The position numbers and the translations under genes were made by a program. Positions 41,575 through 50,462 of a DNA stretch of 53,942 nucleotides are shown here, piece by piece. Within the stretch, counting starts at the first letter, position 1. The number at the start of each line of letters is the position of its first letter. The notes beneath the pieces are model-generated. The model worked only from the letters and a program-made list of their open reading frames with translations. It was not told the DNA's origin and ran no database searches. Source of the DNA: Terriglobia bacterium (lineage in GTDB: Bacteria; Acidobacteriota; Terriglobia; Bryobacterales; Bryobacteraceae); contig JAIQFJ010000001.1 of assembly GCA_020073325.1 (NCBI GenBank), forward strand, positions 1-53,942. The letters run 5' to 3'.

Positions 41575-42462
41575 ATGTTTCGAACACGCTTCGCCGCGCT
41601 CGCGATGGCCGCCGCTTCCCTGGGGATGGCCCAGACGGTCGCGAACGTTCACTTTCATCACCTGCATCTGAACGCCACCGACCCGGCCGCCGACATCGAG
41701 TTTTACACCACCAAGTTCGACGCCGAAAAAGGAAAATTCGCGGGCCTGATGGACGGCGTGTGGGCCCAGAAAAGCTGGCTGCTGTTCACCAAAGTGAACA
41801 CGCCGCCCAAGAGCGACGTCACCAGCACCATCTGGCACTTCGGCTGGGGCGCGGAAGATATGAAGGCGACGTATGAGAAACAAGTCGCCAGCGGAACGAA
41901 ATTCCAAACTCCGCTGACCGACATCAGCGACATCGGCGGAAATCCCAACGCCAGGCCTGGGTCGTTCTACTATGCCTACGTGCTCGGACCCGACGGCGCG
42001 CTGATCGAACTGAACACGGCGCCGCATCATCGCTTCGGCCACCTTCATCTGCTGAGCGAAAATCCGGTCGCGGCAGCCGAGTGGTACGAAAAGCAGTTCG
42101 GCGTGAAGGCGCGCAAGAGTCCCGATAAGCGCATGTATCGAGACGTGCAGATCGGCCCCAGCGCGTCGTTCAATCTCGACAATGTCAACGTGATCATTTA
42201 TCCGGTCGAGTATGCCCGCACCGATCACTGGGCGTCGTGGAACGGCCGCGACACGTTCGAGTCAACCGCAGGCCACGTGGTCGATCACATCGGCGTGAGC
42301 GTCGACAACCTGGACGATGCCATGGCGAAGCTGAAAGCCGCCGGCGTGAAGGTCCTGAACGAAGCGCGTTCCGCGGCGGGCGGAAAAATAAAGTTCGCCT
42401 TCATCGAAGGTCCCGACAAGATGAAGATCGAAGTGATCGAAGGCGCGCCGTCGAAAGAATAA
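41575..42462 (+). CDS. Secreted two-domain VOC (glyoxalase/bleomycin-resistance/dioxygenase) family protein
   Basis: Signal peptide. HFHHLHLNATDP... and FGHLHLLSENP.../VDHIGVSVDNLD metal-site-like motifs. Confidence 0.75.
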   Translation: MFRTRFAALAMAAASLGMAQTVANVHFHHLHLNATDPAADIEFYTTKFDAEKGKFAGLMDGVWAQKSWLLFTKVNTPPKSDVTSTIWHFGWGAEDMKATYEKQVASGTKFQTPLTDISDIGGNPNARPGSFYYAYVLGPDGALIELNTAPHHRFGHLHLLSENPVAAAEWYEKQFGVKARKSPDKRMYRDVQIGPSASFNLDNVNVIIYPVEYARTDHWASWNGRDTFESTAGHVVDHIGVSVDNLDDAMAKLKAAGVKVLNEARSAAGGKIKFAFIEGPDKMKIEVIEGAPSKE

Positions 42463-42471
42463 GACCGCCCA

Positions 42472-42948
42472 ATGAAGACTCCCTACCTCAACACACGCAA
42501 CGATCCCGCCTTCCGGTTTCTCGGCGTCCCGACCCTCATCCGCTCGGCCGGCGACAACACCGGCGGAGCATTCTGCCTGATCGAGCATTGGGAAATGCCT
42601 CCCGGTTTCCAGACGCCCCATCACCTGCACCACCGCGAGGACGAATCGTTCTACGTCCTCGAAGGAGAAGTCGCGTTCCTTTGCGACGGCAAATGGATGA
42701 AGGGCGGCCCCGGAACGTGGGTCTTCGGCCCGCGCGAAATTTCGCACGGGTTTCAGGTGATCGGGTCGGGTCCCGCGCGGATGCTCATTCTGTGCACGCC
42801 CGCCGGCTTCGAACACTTCGTGCTCGAACAGCGCATGCCGATCGATCAGCCGCCGTCGCCGCCGGACATGGGGAAGTTGATGGCGCTGGCCGCACAGAAC
42901 CAGATCGATATTCTGGGTCCGCTGCCTCCGCTGCCTGAAAATTTCTGA
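42472..42948 (+). CDS. Cupin domain protein
   Basis: PHHLHHREDESFYVLEGEV...GPGTWVFGPREISHGF matches the cupin motifs G(x)5HxH..E and G..P..H. Confidence 0.85.
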   Translation: MKTPYLNTRNDPAFRFLGVPTLIRSAGDNTGGAFCLIEHWEMPPGFQTPHHLHHREDESFYVLEGEVAFLCDGKWMKGGPGTWVFGPREISHGFQVIGSGPARMLILCTPAGFEHFVLEQRMPIDQPPSPPDMGKLMALAAQNQIDILGPLPPLPENF

Positions 42949-42951
42949 AAC

Positions 42952-43308
42952 TTATTTTGCGTTGGATTTCGGGGCAGGCTCGTCCGCTCGCTCGCGCGCC
43001 GGTAGACCGGGGAAGGTCAGGATGCGCGGAACCTTCAAGGCGCCGCCGCGGCCGTAACGGCTCAGGGACATTCCCGCGATCTGCAGGAATGCCCCCGCCG
43101 GTATCCAGACTTGCCAATGGGAAAAAACGCCGGTGATGCCGGACTCGCCCGCGACGCCCATGTCGGAAGCAAGCCGCCATATTCCAAGGACATACGCCAT
43201 CAGCGCCAGGGGCGTCATCAGACTGCCGAAGGCGAGCGCAACGTGCCGATTCTTGCCTGGTTTCCGCTGAATCGGCTGGCCCTGCTGAAGCCTGATCCGG
43301 AGGATCAT
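42952..43308 (-). CDS. Small membrane protein, unknown function
   Basis: 118-aa ORF with two hydrophobic segments and reasonable codon bias. No recognisable family. Confidence 0.45.
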   Translation of the reverse strand: MILRIRLQQGQPIQRKPGKNRHVALAFGSLMTPLALMAYVLGIWRLASDMGVAGESGITGVFSHWQVWIPAGAFLQIAGMSLSRYGRGGALKVPRILTFPGLPARERADEPAPKSNAK

Positions 43309-43364
43309 GTATACAACCTTAATACCAGCTTAACAGGAAACGTTAAACCTGAAAATGTTTTTTT

Positions 43365-43622
43365 TTAGCGCGCGCAGGCGAGCGCGGCTTGTAATTGATT
43401 CAGCGCAGCCTGGCTGTCGCGCAGCGCGTCGGCGCGATGTCCGCAGAAATCGTGGGCCGCGTGTTCCAGTTCCGCGCGTGCTTCGCGAAGCGCGCCAATC
43501 GCGGCTCGGATGTGCGGATGCCGTTCAGGAGGCGGAGCCGTGTTGGCGGTGCGCGGCACCGCAATCGTCCCCATGACCAGGAGTGCGCAAAACGGCGCGA
43601 ACTTCAGCAGGTGTCTCTTCAT
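43365..43622 (-). CDS. Small secreted helical protein (85 aa), unknown function
   Basis: Signal peptide MKRHLLKFAPFCALLVMGTIAV. HPHIRAAIGALREARAELEHAAHDFCGHR motif. The track ORF up to 43811 is an upstream extension. Confidence 0.6.
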   Translation of the reverse strand: MKRHLLKFAPFCALLVMGTIAVPRTANTAPPPERHPHIRAAIGALREARAELEHAAHDFCGHRADALRDSQAALNQLQAALACAR

Positions 43623-43861
43623 TCGGTTTCTCCTCGTTCCTTTTTGGATGTACCTGTTACGACGCTCCGAGAATATCGGAGCTTTGCCGAGTATAGTATA
43701 TGGAACTCGGAATCGCGGGAAATGTTTTCTTATATTCAGCGTCTGCCAATCGTGCAACTGCGGGACGTCCCGGCTGTCCTCTTCCCGCAAATGTTCAAGT
43801 GCGCTCGCCATATCGGCCGGAGGACAGTGTTAAAGTATAAAGCCAAGTGGAGGAGCAGTGA

Positions 43862-46800
43862 GTGATGCGACTCTCCGGGGTGTGTTGTAGTCTGTGCGTG
43901 ACGGTGTTGAGCCTGGCCGGTCAGGATTTGAGCAGCGAAGCGTGGCAGCTCGAATTCAAGGGCGAAGCCTTGCAGGCGCGCGAGCGTTTGCAGAAAGCCG
44001 TCGAATCTTCTCCGAACAACGCGGGCGCCCTGCGCGCCTACGCCGAATTTCTCGACCGGCATCGCGATCCGGCGGCGCGCGAAGTGTACGCGCGCCTGGC
44101 GCAGGCACTGATCCGGTCCAATGCGCCGCGCGAACAGCGGGCGGCGGTCGCCCGGCGCGAGGCCATTCTCGATCTGCTGGCGGGCGATCAGACGTCGGCG
44201 GCAAAACACATCGCGGATTATCGGGAAGCCGGTGGATCGGGGCTGGCGATGCCTTCGGCCGCCGCGCCGGCCGCCGCCGATCAGAGTTACATCGATGTTC
44301 CAGGACCGCTGCGCTCGTTCGCGCGCATGGCCGCGTTGTCCCCCGATCTGAAGCCGGACGATTTGCTGCCCGCGCTGGCCCGCAATATCGTCACCAATGG
44401 ATACCAGGCGGCCAATTCGAACGAAGCGCTGGAGCAGACCGAGTATTTGAAACTCGTGATCCGCTATCTTTCGCAAGCGCGCGAACTCGAAAAGCTGAGC
44501 GGCGAAGCGAAGACGATCAACATCGACACTTGCGATTCCACCGAAACCGGCGATTTGCTGCGGGTGCTCGGCTATCGCATGCGGGGCGGCTGCGGATCCG
44601 ACGTGGTGCTTGAAACGGTGAACGCATCGCGCGCGTTTCTGACGATCGACTCCGGATTCCCGCTGGCGGAGCTGGAACAGTCGCTGCGCACGAATCGTCC
44701 GTTCAAGCTGGATTATCACCCGGCGCGGATTCCGGTGATGTACAAAATCGACTACTGGCAATCGGCGAAGGACAAGACCAGCGGCGAGTTTATCGATTAC
44801 TTCATTTCGGATCCGTCGTTGTGCCGCCTGTACCTCGGGCTGACCAAGCTCGATCCGGAGACGGCCGAAGTGCTTCGCCATGCGATTCCCGCGCCGCGGC
44901 TGAAGATTTACGCACACGTCCTCGATTTCTTCGGCGGCATGTTCCAGATTCGCGACGGCCACGCAGTGGTCCCCGGCGGCGCGCGGACGGAAAAAGCGTG
45001 GAGCGATCTGGCCGGAACGCCGCCCGACAAGGGCGCTGCGTTTTTCGAAAAGCTCCTGGCCAGGGACGACGGTTGGCTGGCCAGTTACTACGACGCTCTC
45101 TCGCGGATCAACGGTCCGGTGAAGGATTATCTCACCGAGCCCGAGCGTCTCAAGCGGTTCTACACGGCGATTCGCGGCCGTGTCACCAGCCCCGGTCCGG
45201 CGCGGCCCGTCTTCCGGTCGAATACCGATATGCTGCTGCTGACGACGCGGCTGCGTCTGGATGCCAACGGGAAGCCGCATCTTCCGGGCGATCTGGATGT
45301 CTGGAAGAATCTGTTCGTCAATCATCCGGCCGGGAAGTACGATGCGAAGCTGACGCACGCGGCGGCGAATTGGAAGGATGCCGACGATGTCCTGGAAGCG
45401 CTGTTCGGGCTGTCGCGCAAAGCGGTGGAGAACGAGCCGCTGAAAATTTTCATGGCGCTTTCCGATGTGGACCGCAATCGCGCGAAGCCGCTCGAAGTCG
45501 CGACCGTCGACCGTCTGGCGCGCGAATATCGCGCCATGAGCGCGCAGTATCCGCTGTTTTCGGAAGCGCCCATGGTTTCCGACAAAACCATCATGAGCTT
45601 TCTGGACGCGGCCAAGGCGATCGGCGCGATGCATGACCCCGCGTTGAAAGCCGACGCGGCGGGAACGATGCAGGCGCTGGCGGCGCTGTGGCAGATTTGC
45701 CTGCGGCAGCAGTCGCTTCCCCCGGCCGCGGCGGATGCGGCTCTGGCGGAATTGATCGCGCCGTTTATAAAGATCCAGGGCGAGCGCGATATTTTCGACG
45801 CGGGGCGCGGCGGCGTCAGGCTTTTATTGAAAACAGCGCACTCCCCCGCAAGCCTCTCACCGCAGGACGCGATGATCGACCTGCTGGCGGGCACGGTGTC
45901 GAACGACGGCTCCGATGCGCATCAGCAGATTGTCGAGGACATGATCCGGATTTTCGAAGCGCAGAAGCTGGTGTCGCTGGGCACGCTGTTCGATCTGGCA
46001 GACAACCTCGAAAGCGTTTCGCGCGGAGAGAAGCTGAACACCGCGCTCGCCGGCAAGCTCGCGTCGCGCATTTCCGATATCCAGTTGCCGCGCAATACGA
46101 TGACGAACAGCGAGAAAAATTCTCTCTCGTTCGGCTATTGGACAGACCGGCACGTGGAGGCGCAGCGCAAGCTGAACCTGCGGGCGAGCATCGAGAAATC
46201 CGCGGGCGACGCACAGAAGCTGAAAGAATTGCGCGGAGCGCTGGCGCCGTTCCTGCGCGATACGCTGGTGGGGTTCGCCTATATCCACTACGCGCCTCCG
46301 GGGGCGCAGGTGCTGCATACCAATCCGCTGTTCGTGCGCAGCCACGATTTCATCGGCATTCAGAACGCGAATCAGACCTGGAAATCGACCGAGGTGTTCG
46401 GCACGGGCTGGCCGGCGAACGCGGGGGGACGGCTGGTGGGGTCGCTCGCGTCGCTGCCGTATGCGCTGGCGGAAGCCGAGCAGAATTTCCTGATTCCGTC
46501 GCGGGAGCAGGCGCTGATCTGGGGCGACCTGGTGCCGCAGATGATTTTGAGCGCGGTGATTCCGCGGTGGTGGAACGTGTCGCCCATGCAGTTGCATTGG
46601 GTCGGGATCAACATGGCTTATGGGGAGACGCTGCTGGCGGAGAGCGCGCTGGACAGCGGGCGTCGCGGCGAGGTTTTGGGTGTGCTCGATCGTTATGCGC
46701 CGCCGGCCCGGCTGAAGAAAGTCGAGGGATTCCTGGCGGCGGGCGACGTGCGGTCAGCGCAGGACAATGTGGTGCCGTCGGAGATGTACCTGCTTGCCAT

Positions 46801-47230
46801 CGATATGGCCGCGAAGGATCACGATTCGCCGCTGGCGGCGGACATCCGGAAACTGGAAACGCAGGCTCCCGAGGCGCTCAGCGCGCGGTCGATTTCGCGG
46901 ACCTTCGGAACGCCGAAACCGACGCTCGCCAATTCTTATCAGCCCGAATTACTCAACTTGCGGACGTTCCCGACGCTGATGGGATATTCGAGCCGCATTC
47001 TGGCGGAGAGCTGGGAATCGAATCTGCTGTACTACGCGGCGCTGGCGGATGAGACGCATGTCCGTCCGGCGGAACTGAACGTGCTCATTCCTGAATGGAC
47101 GCAGCAGACGGTGGAGCGGATTTTCGCAACCCACCTGGAGGACTGGCCGGCGCTGCTGCGGTCGCTGCGCCTGGTGGGCGACGACGTGCGGCAGAAGGCT
47201 CGCAAGCAGATGGCGGCGGCGGACAACTGA
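43862..47230 (+). CDS. Large (about 1120 aa) secreted, predominantly alpha-helical protein of unknown function
   Basis: Signal-like N-terminus. TPR-like first 100 aa. Long uninterrupted ORF with strong coding bias. The antisense ORF 43736-45634 is Arg-rich shadow. Confidence 0.85.
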   Translation: MMRLSGVCCSLCVTVLSLAGQDLSSEAWQLEFKGEALQARERLQKAVESSPNNAGALRAYAEFLDRHRDPAAREVYARLAQALIRSNAPREQRAAVARREAILDLLAGDQTSAAKHIADYREAGGSGLAMPSAAAPAAADQSYIDVPGPLRSFARMAALSPDLKPDDLLPALARNIVTNGYQAANSNEALEQTEYLKLVIRYLSQARELEKLSGEAKTINIDTCDSTETGDLLRVLGYRMRGGCGSDVVLETVNASRAFLTIDSGFPLAELEQSLRTNRPFKLDYHPARIPVMYKIDYWQSAKDKTSGEFIDYFISDPSLCRLYLGLTKLDPETAEVLRHAIPAPRLKIYAHVLDFFGGMFQIRDGHAVVPGGARTEKAWSDLAGTPPDKGAAFFEKLLARDDGWLASYYDALSRINGPVKDYLTEPERLKRFYTAIRGRVTSPGPARPVFRSNTDMLLLTTRLRLDANGKPHLPGDLDVWKNLFVNHPAGKYDAKLTHAAANWKDADDVLEALFGLSRKAVENEPLKIFMALSDVDRNRAKPLEVATVDRLAREYRAMSAQYPLFSEAPMVSDKTIMSFLDAAKAIGAMHDPALKADAAGTMQALAALWQICLRQQSLPPAAADAALAELIAPFIKIQGERDIFDAGRGGVRLLLKTAHSPASLSPQDAMIDLLAGTVSNDGSDAHQQIVEDMIRIFEAQKLVSLGTLFDLADNLESVSRGEKLNTALAGKLASRISDIQLPRNTMTNSEKNSLSFGYWTDRHVEAQRKLNLRASIEKSAGDAQKLKELRGALAPFLRDTLVGFAYIHYAPPGAQVLHTNPLFVRSHDFIGIQNANQTWKSTEVFGTGWPANAGGRLVGSLASLPYALAEAEQNFLIPSREQALIWGDLVPQMILSAVIPRWWNVSPMQLHWVGINMAYGETLLAESALDSGRRGEVLGVLDRYAPPARLKKVEGFLAAGDVRSAQDNVVPSEMYLLAIDMAAKDHDSPLAADIRKLETQAPEALSARSISRTFGTPKPTLANSYQPELLNLRTFPTLMGYSSRILAESWESNLLYYAALADETHVRPAELNVLIPEWTQQTVERIFATHLEDWPALLRSLRLVGDDVRQKARKQMAAADN

Positions 47231-47247
47231 TCGGGAAAGGAAGCTGG

Positions 47248-48216
47248 ATGCGCAGAATTGTGGCTCTGTTCGGACTGGTCGTGATGGCTCTGGCTCAGGA
47301 CCGGCCGACCTTTCGGGTGAAGGTGGACATGGTGGTGTTGAGCTTCCAGGTCACCGACAACAAGGGAAAATATGTGAATAATCTGAAGCCGAAGGATTTT
47401 CGGATCCTGGAGGACGGGATTCCGCAAAAACTTTCGACGTTCGGCGAAGGCAGCAAGGCTCCCATCCAGATCGCCGAGGACGGCAGCGTTCATGTGATTC
47501 CGGCGCCGGACGCGGCCAAGCCGGAAGTGAAGAACATGACCGACGCGTTTGTCGGGACCAACGTATTTGTCCTGTTCGACACCAGCAATTATATGTATCG
47601 CGGGTTTGTGTACGCCTCGGACGCGATCGCGGATTTTATTCGAGGACTGGATCGCGCGGACTCGGTGGCGGTCTATACCTACAGCCGCAACCTGAAGCGC
47701 GATGCGCCGCTCTCGCATGAGCGCACCGACGCGATTTTCGGATTGCGCAAGGCAGTGGCGGGAGATGAGTCGGCGCTGTACAACGCGCTGCTGCTGACGC
47801 TGCGCGATGCCGCGAAGGTCCCGGGACGCAAAGTGGTGATCGTATTTTCGAACGGTCCCGACAACGCGAGCATGGTGGCGCCGTCGGACGTGCAGGCGGT
47901 CGCCGAAGACGAGGGGATTCCGATTTACGTCATCTCCACGAACGAAGTGAACAAGGATCCCATTTCGTCGAGCGTATTCAAGCGCATCTCGACGCGCACG
48001 GGCGGCAAATCCTACTTCGCCAAGACGTGGCAGAAGCAGGTGGAGGCGTTCGAGAGCATCCGTGAGGATCTGGGGAACTCCTACACGGTGACGTATTATC
48101 CGCAGCCGAATCCGAACGAGGGATTTCGCAAGATCACGGTGGAGGTGCTGTCGGATCAGGCGAAGAAATATCGCGTACAGTGCCGGCCGGGGTATCGTCC
48201 GCGGGGCGGATTTTAA
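47248..48216 (+). CDS. VWA domain protein of the acidobacterial VWFA-related type
   Basis: Signal peptide MRRIVALFGLVVMALAQ. RPTFRVKVDMVVLSFQVTDNKGKYVNNLKPKDFRILEDG N-terminal domain. FDTSNYM MIDAS-like motif. 17 nt after the preceding gene. Confidence 0.8.
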   Translation: MRRIVALFGLVVMALAQDRPTFRVKVDMVVLSFQVTDNKGKYVNNLKPKDFRILEDGIPQKLSTFGEGSKAPIQIAEDGSVHVIPAPDAAKPEVKNMTDAFVGTNVFVLFDTSNYMYRGFVYASDAIADFIRGLDRADSVAVYTYSRNLKRDAPLSHERTDAIFGLRKAVAGDESALYNALLLTLRDAAKVPGRKVVIVFSNGPDNASMVAPSDVQAVAEDEGIPIYVISTNEVNKDPISSSVFKRISTRTGGKSYFAKTWQKQVEAFESIREDLGNSYTVTYYPQPNPNEGFRKITVEVLSDQAKKYRVQCRPGYRPRGGF

Positions 48217-48329
48217 TCGAACCTAAGCGGGAGCAAGGCCTCCTCGTTTCAAACCCCGCCCTGACGGGCGCGGCTGGCTTCTTTGACCGCATGCCAGCCC
48301 TGGCCGTAAGGTCGGGGTTCCGCAGCCTC

Positions 48330-49010
48330 CTAAACGCGGGCGGAGATTTCGTCGAGGATGCGCAGCACTTCGCCGCGCGGATCCTTCGACCGCGTCACCT
48401 GGCGGCCGATCACCAGATAATCGGCGCCGTTGGCGACCGCCTCCGCCGGAGTCGCCACGCGCTTCTGATCGCCGGCCGACGCGCCCGCCGACCGCACTCC
48501 CGGGGTCACGATCACCGCTTGCGGCGCCAGCGCCCGAACCCGTGCGACCCCCACGGGTGAGCACACGATTCCATCCACTCCGTCGGCCACGATGTTGCGC
48601 ACGCGCGTTTCGACCAGATCGCTCAGGCTGCAGGTGTAGCCGTCTTCCTGAAGATCGCGCTGGTCGACGCTGGTGAGCACGGTGACGCCGAGCAGCTTCA
48701 ACCCGGAATCGGCGCGGCCCGCCACCGCGGCCTGCATCACCTGGCGCATGGCGTGGATCGTCAGAAAGTCCGCGCCGCTCTTGGCGAGCTGCACCACGGC
48801 GCGCTTCACGGTCTCGCCGATGTCGTAGAGTTTCAGGTCGAGAAAGACGCGATGCCCCTGCTGCTTCAGGTCGCGGACAAAATCCATCCCCGCCGAGGCA
48901 TACAATTCCAGCCCCACCTTGTAAAAGGACACCGAATCCCCCAGCGATTCGACAATCCTCCGGGCTTCCCCGGCATTCTCCACATCCAATGCGATGATGA
49001 TCGGGTTCAT
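48330..49010 (-). CDS. pyrF: Orotidine 5'-phosphate decarboxylase
   Basis: IIIALDV, FLDLKLYDIGETV and YLVIGRQV motifs. ATGA overlap with selD. Confidence 0.93.
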   Translation of the reverse strand: MNPIIIALDVENAGEARRIVESLGDSVSFYKVGLELYASAGMDFVRDLKQQGHRVFLDLKLYDIGETVKRAVVQLAKSGADFLTIHAMRQVMQAAVAGRADSGLKLLGVTVLTSVDQRDLQEDGYTCSLSDLVETRVRNIVADGVDGIVCSPVGVARVRALAPQAVIVTPGVRSAGASAGDQKRVATPAEAVANGADYLVIGRQVTRSKDPRGEVLRILDEISARV

Positions 49011-50017
49011 AAGATGCGCAGCGGTTTTTCCTGACTGGGAAGCACGCGCCCCATCAGGTAGGCTGCCGGAAATTTTCGCACATATCGCGCCGCATCCGCT
49101 TCAGGCATCGCCAGCAGCAGCCCGCCCGACGTTTGCGGATCGTAGAGGAGGTCCTCGAATTCCGAATTTCCCTCGACACAGCTCGCCACGAATTCGCGAT
49201 TATTCTTGAGCCCTCCGGGAATGGCGCCGGTTTTCGCGTATTCCACGGCGCCGTCGAAATACTGGACGCGCTTCGAATCGATTTCGAGGGTCACGCCGCT
49301 CCCCATCGCCATCTCCCGCGCATGGCCCAGCAGGCCGAAGCCGGTCACGTCGGTCGCGCTGTGGACCTCCAGCCCTTCCATCGCTTCCGCGGCCGCGCGA
49401 TTCAGCGTCAGCATCGATTGAATCGCCTGATCGACATGCTCAGGTGAAGCGAGCCCGCGTTTCAAGGCGGTGGCGATCACGCCGGTCCCGATCTTCTTAG
49501 TGAACACCAGCACATCACCGGGGCGCGCGCCGGCATTGGTCTTGATGCGGTCCGGATGGATCGTCCCGGTGACCGCGTAGCCGAACTTGATTTCCGGATC
49601 GTTGACGCTGTGGCCGCCCAGCACCACCGCGCCGCCCTCATGGATCTTGTCCGCGCCGCCTTTGAGAATTTCGCCCAGGTCGTCGAGATCGCCCGGACCG
49701 GGCCAGCACAGGATGGACAGCGCCGTGAGCGGTTTTCCGCCCATCGCATAAACGTCGCTCAGGGAGTTGGCCGCCGCGATGGCGCCAAAGGTGTAGGGAT
49801 CGTCGACGATGGGAGTGAAAAAATCCACCGTCTGAACTAAGGCCAGATCGGCGGACACACGATACACACCGGCGTCGTCCGCGGTATCGAAGCCGACCAG
49901 AACATTTGAATTCTCGACGCGTGGAATGCGGCCGAGCACCTGGTCCAAAATCCTTGGACTCAACTTAGACGCTCAACCGGCCGCTTTCACATGCGCCGTC
50001 AATTTTTTCGAGGACAC
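49007..50017 (-). CDS. selD: Selenide, water dikinase with an in-frame UGA (selenocysteine) at 49975-49973
   Basis: The track ORF (from TTG 49963) lacks the catalytic N-terminal loop. The same frame upstream reads GTG-SSKKLTAHVKAAG-[TGA]-ASKLSPRILDQVL, collinear with E. coli [20 protein letters not shown]. Upstream in-frame TAG at 50050-50048. AIR-synthase-like body (DDAGVY, VDFFTPIVDDP, SDVYAMGG). Confidence 0.85.
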
Positions 50018-50104
50018 TTCTACAAGTGTACTCGGCGAAGGCAGGGTCTACGTTCGGGTCGGGCAGGAGAGATGGATAGAAGAGAAGACCCCGCTCTCCG
50101 TGTG

Positions 50105-50299
50105 TCAGGCAGCCGCGGATTCCTTGGCTTTGTTCTTGCTGCCCGGCGGACGGCCGCGACGCTTGATCGCCGACATCCAGGCTGGCGGACGTCCACGGCG
50201 GCGGCCGCGGCCGCGCGCCAGACGCTCCAGCGTCATAATGGCTTCTTCAATCTGCTCGCGTTCCTGGCGTAAATCCGCCAGCATTTTTAGGACATCCAT
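50105..50299 (-). CDS. Small coiled-coil protein with two AT-hook-like RGRP motifs (64 aa)
   Basis: MDVLKMLADLRQEREQIEEAIMTLERLA followed by GRRRGRPPAW and KRRGRPPGSK. Good codon bias. The track ORF up to 50551 is an upstream extension. Confidence 0.6.
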   Translation of the reverse strand: MDVLKMLADLRQEREQIEEAIMTLERLARGRGRRRGRPPAWMSAIKRRGRPPGSKNKAKESAAA

Positions 50300-50332
50300 G
50301 AGTGGTTTCTCCCAGTCATCTTTTGAGGCGCT

Positions 50333-50350
50333 TGTTCTGAAAACAGAACA
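50333..50350. promoter_or_regulatory. 18-bp palindrome TGTTCTGAAAACAGAACA (candidate operator), proximal copy
   Basis: Perfect 7-bp arms with a 4-bp spacer, 34 nt upstream of the small AT-hook gene start, in an AT-rich intergenic region. Confidence 0.5.
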
Positions 50351-50418
50351 GGAGCGAGGAACAGCTCCCGATCTGCATTTTGAGTTTAACCATATTTTAG
50401 TTACGCTTTCAAGAGTTT

Positions 50419-50436
50419 TGTTCTGAAAACAGAACA
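50419..50436. promoter_or_regulatory. 18-bp palindrome TGTTCTGAAAACAGAACA (candidate operator), distal copy
   Basis: Identical 18-mer 86 bp from the first copy. Both are followed by GAACAGCT(C/A)CCGAT. Confidence 0.5.
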
Positions 50437-50462
50437 GAACAGCTACCGATGTACCGTTTTGG

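Noticed and set aside
43736-45634. 632-aa minus-strand ORF
   Set aside because: Arg/Gln/Gly-rich shadow opposite the large secreted-protein gene, with no motifs.
48217-48329. Bidirectional terminator between the VWA gene and pyrF
   Set aside because: Short stems (CGCCC/GGGCG and GGCTGGC/GCCAGCC) exist, but there is no U-tract and the loops are long. Too weak to call.
50333-50436. Twin palindromes as LexA (Cheo-type GAAC-N4-GTTC or GTTC-N7-GTTC) boxes
   Set aside because: The orientation and spacing (GTTC-N8-GAAC) fit neither known form. Kept only as a generic operator candidate.
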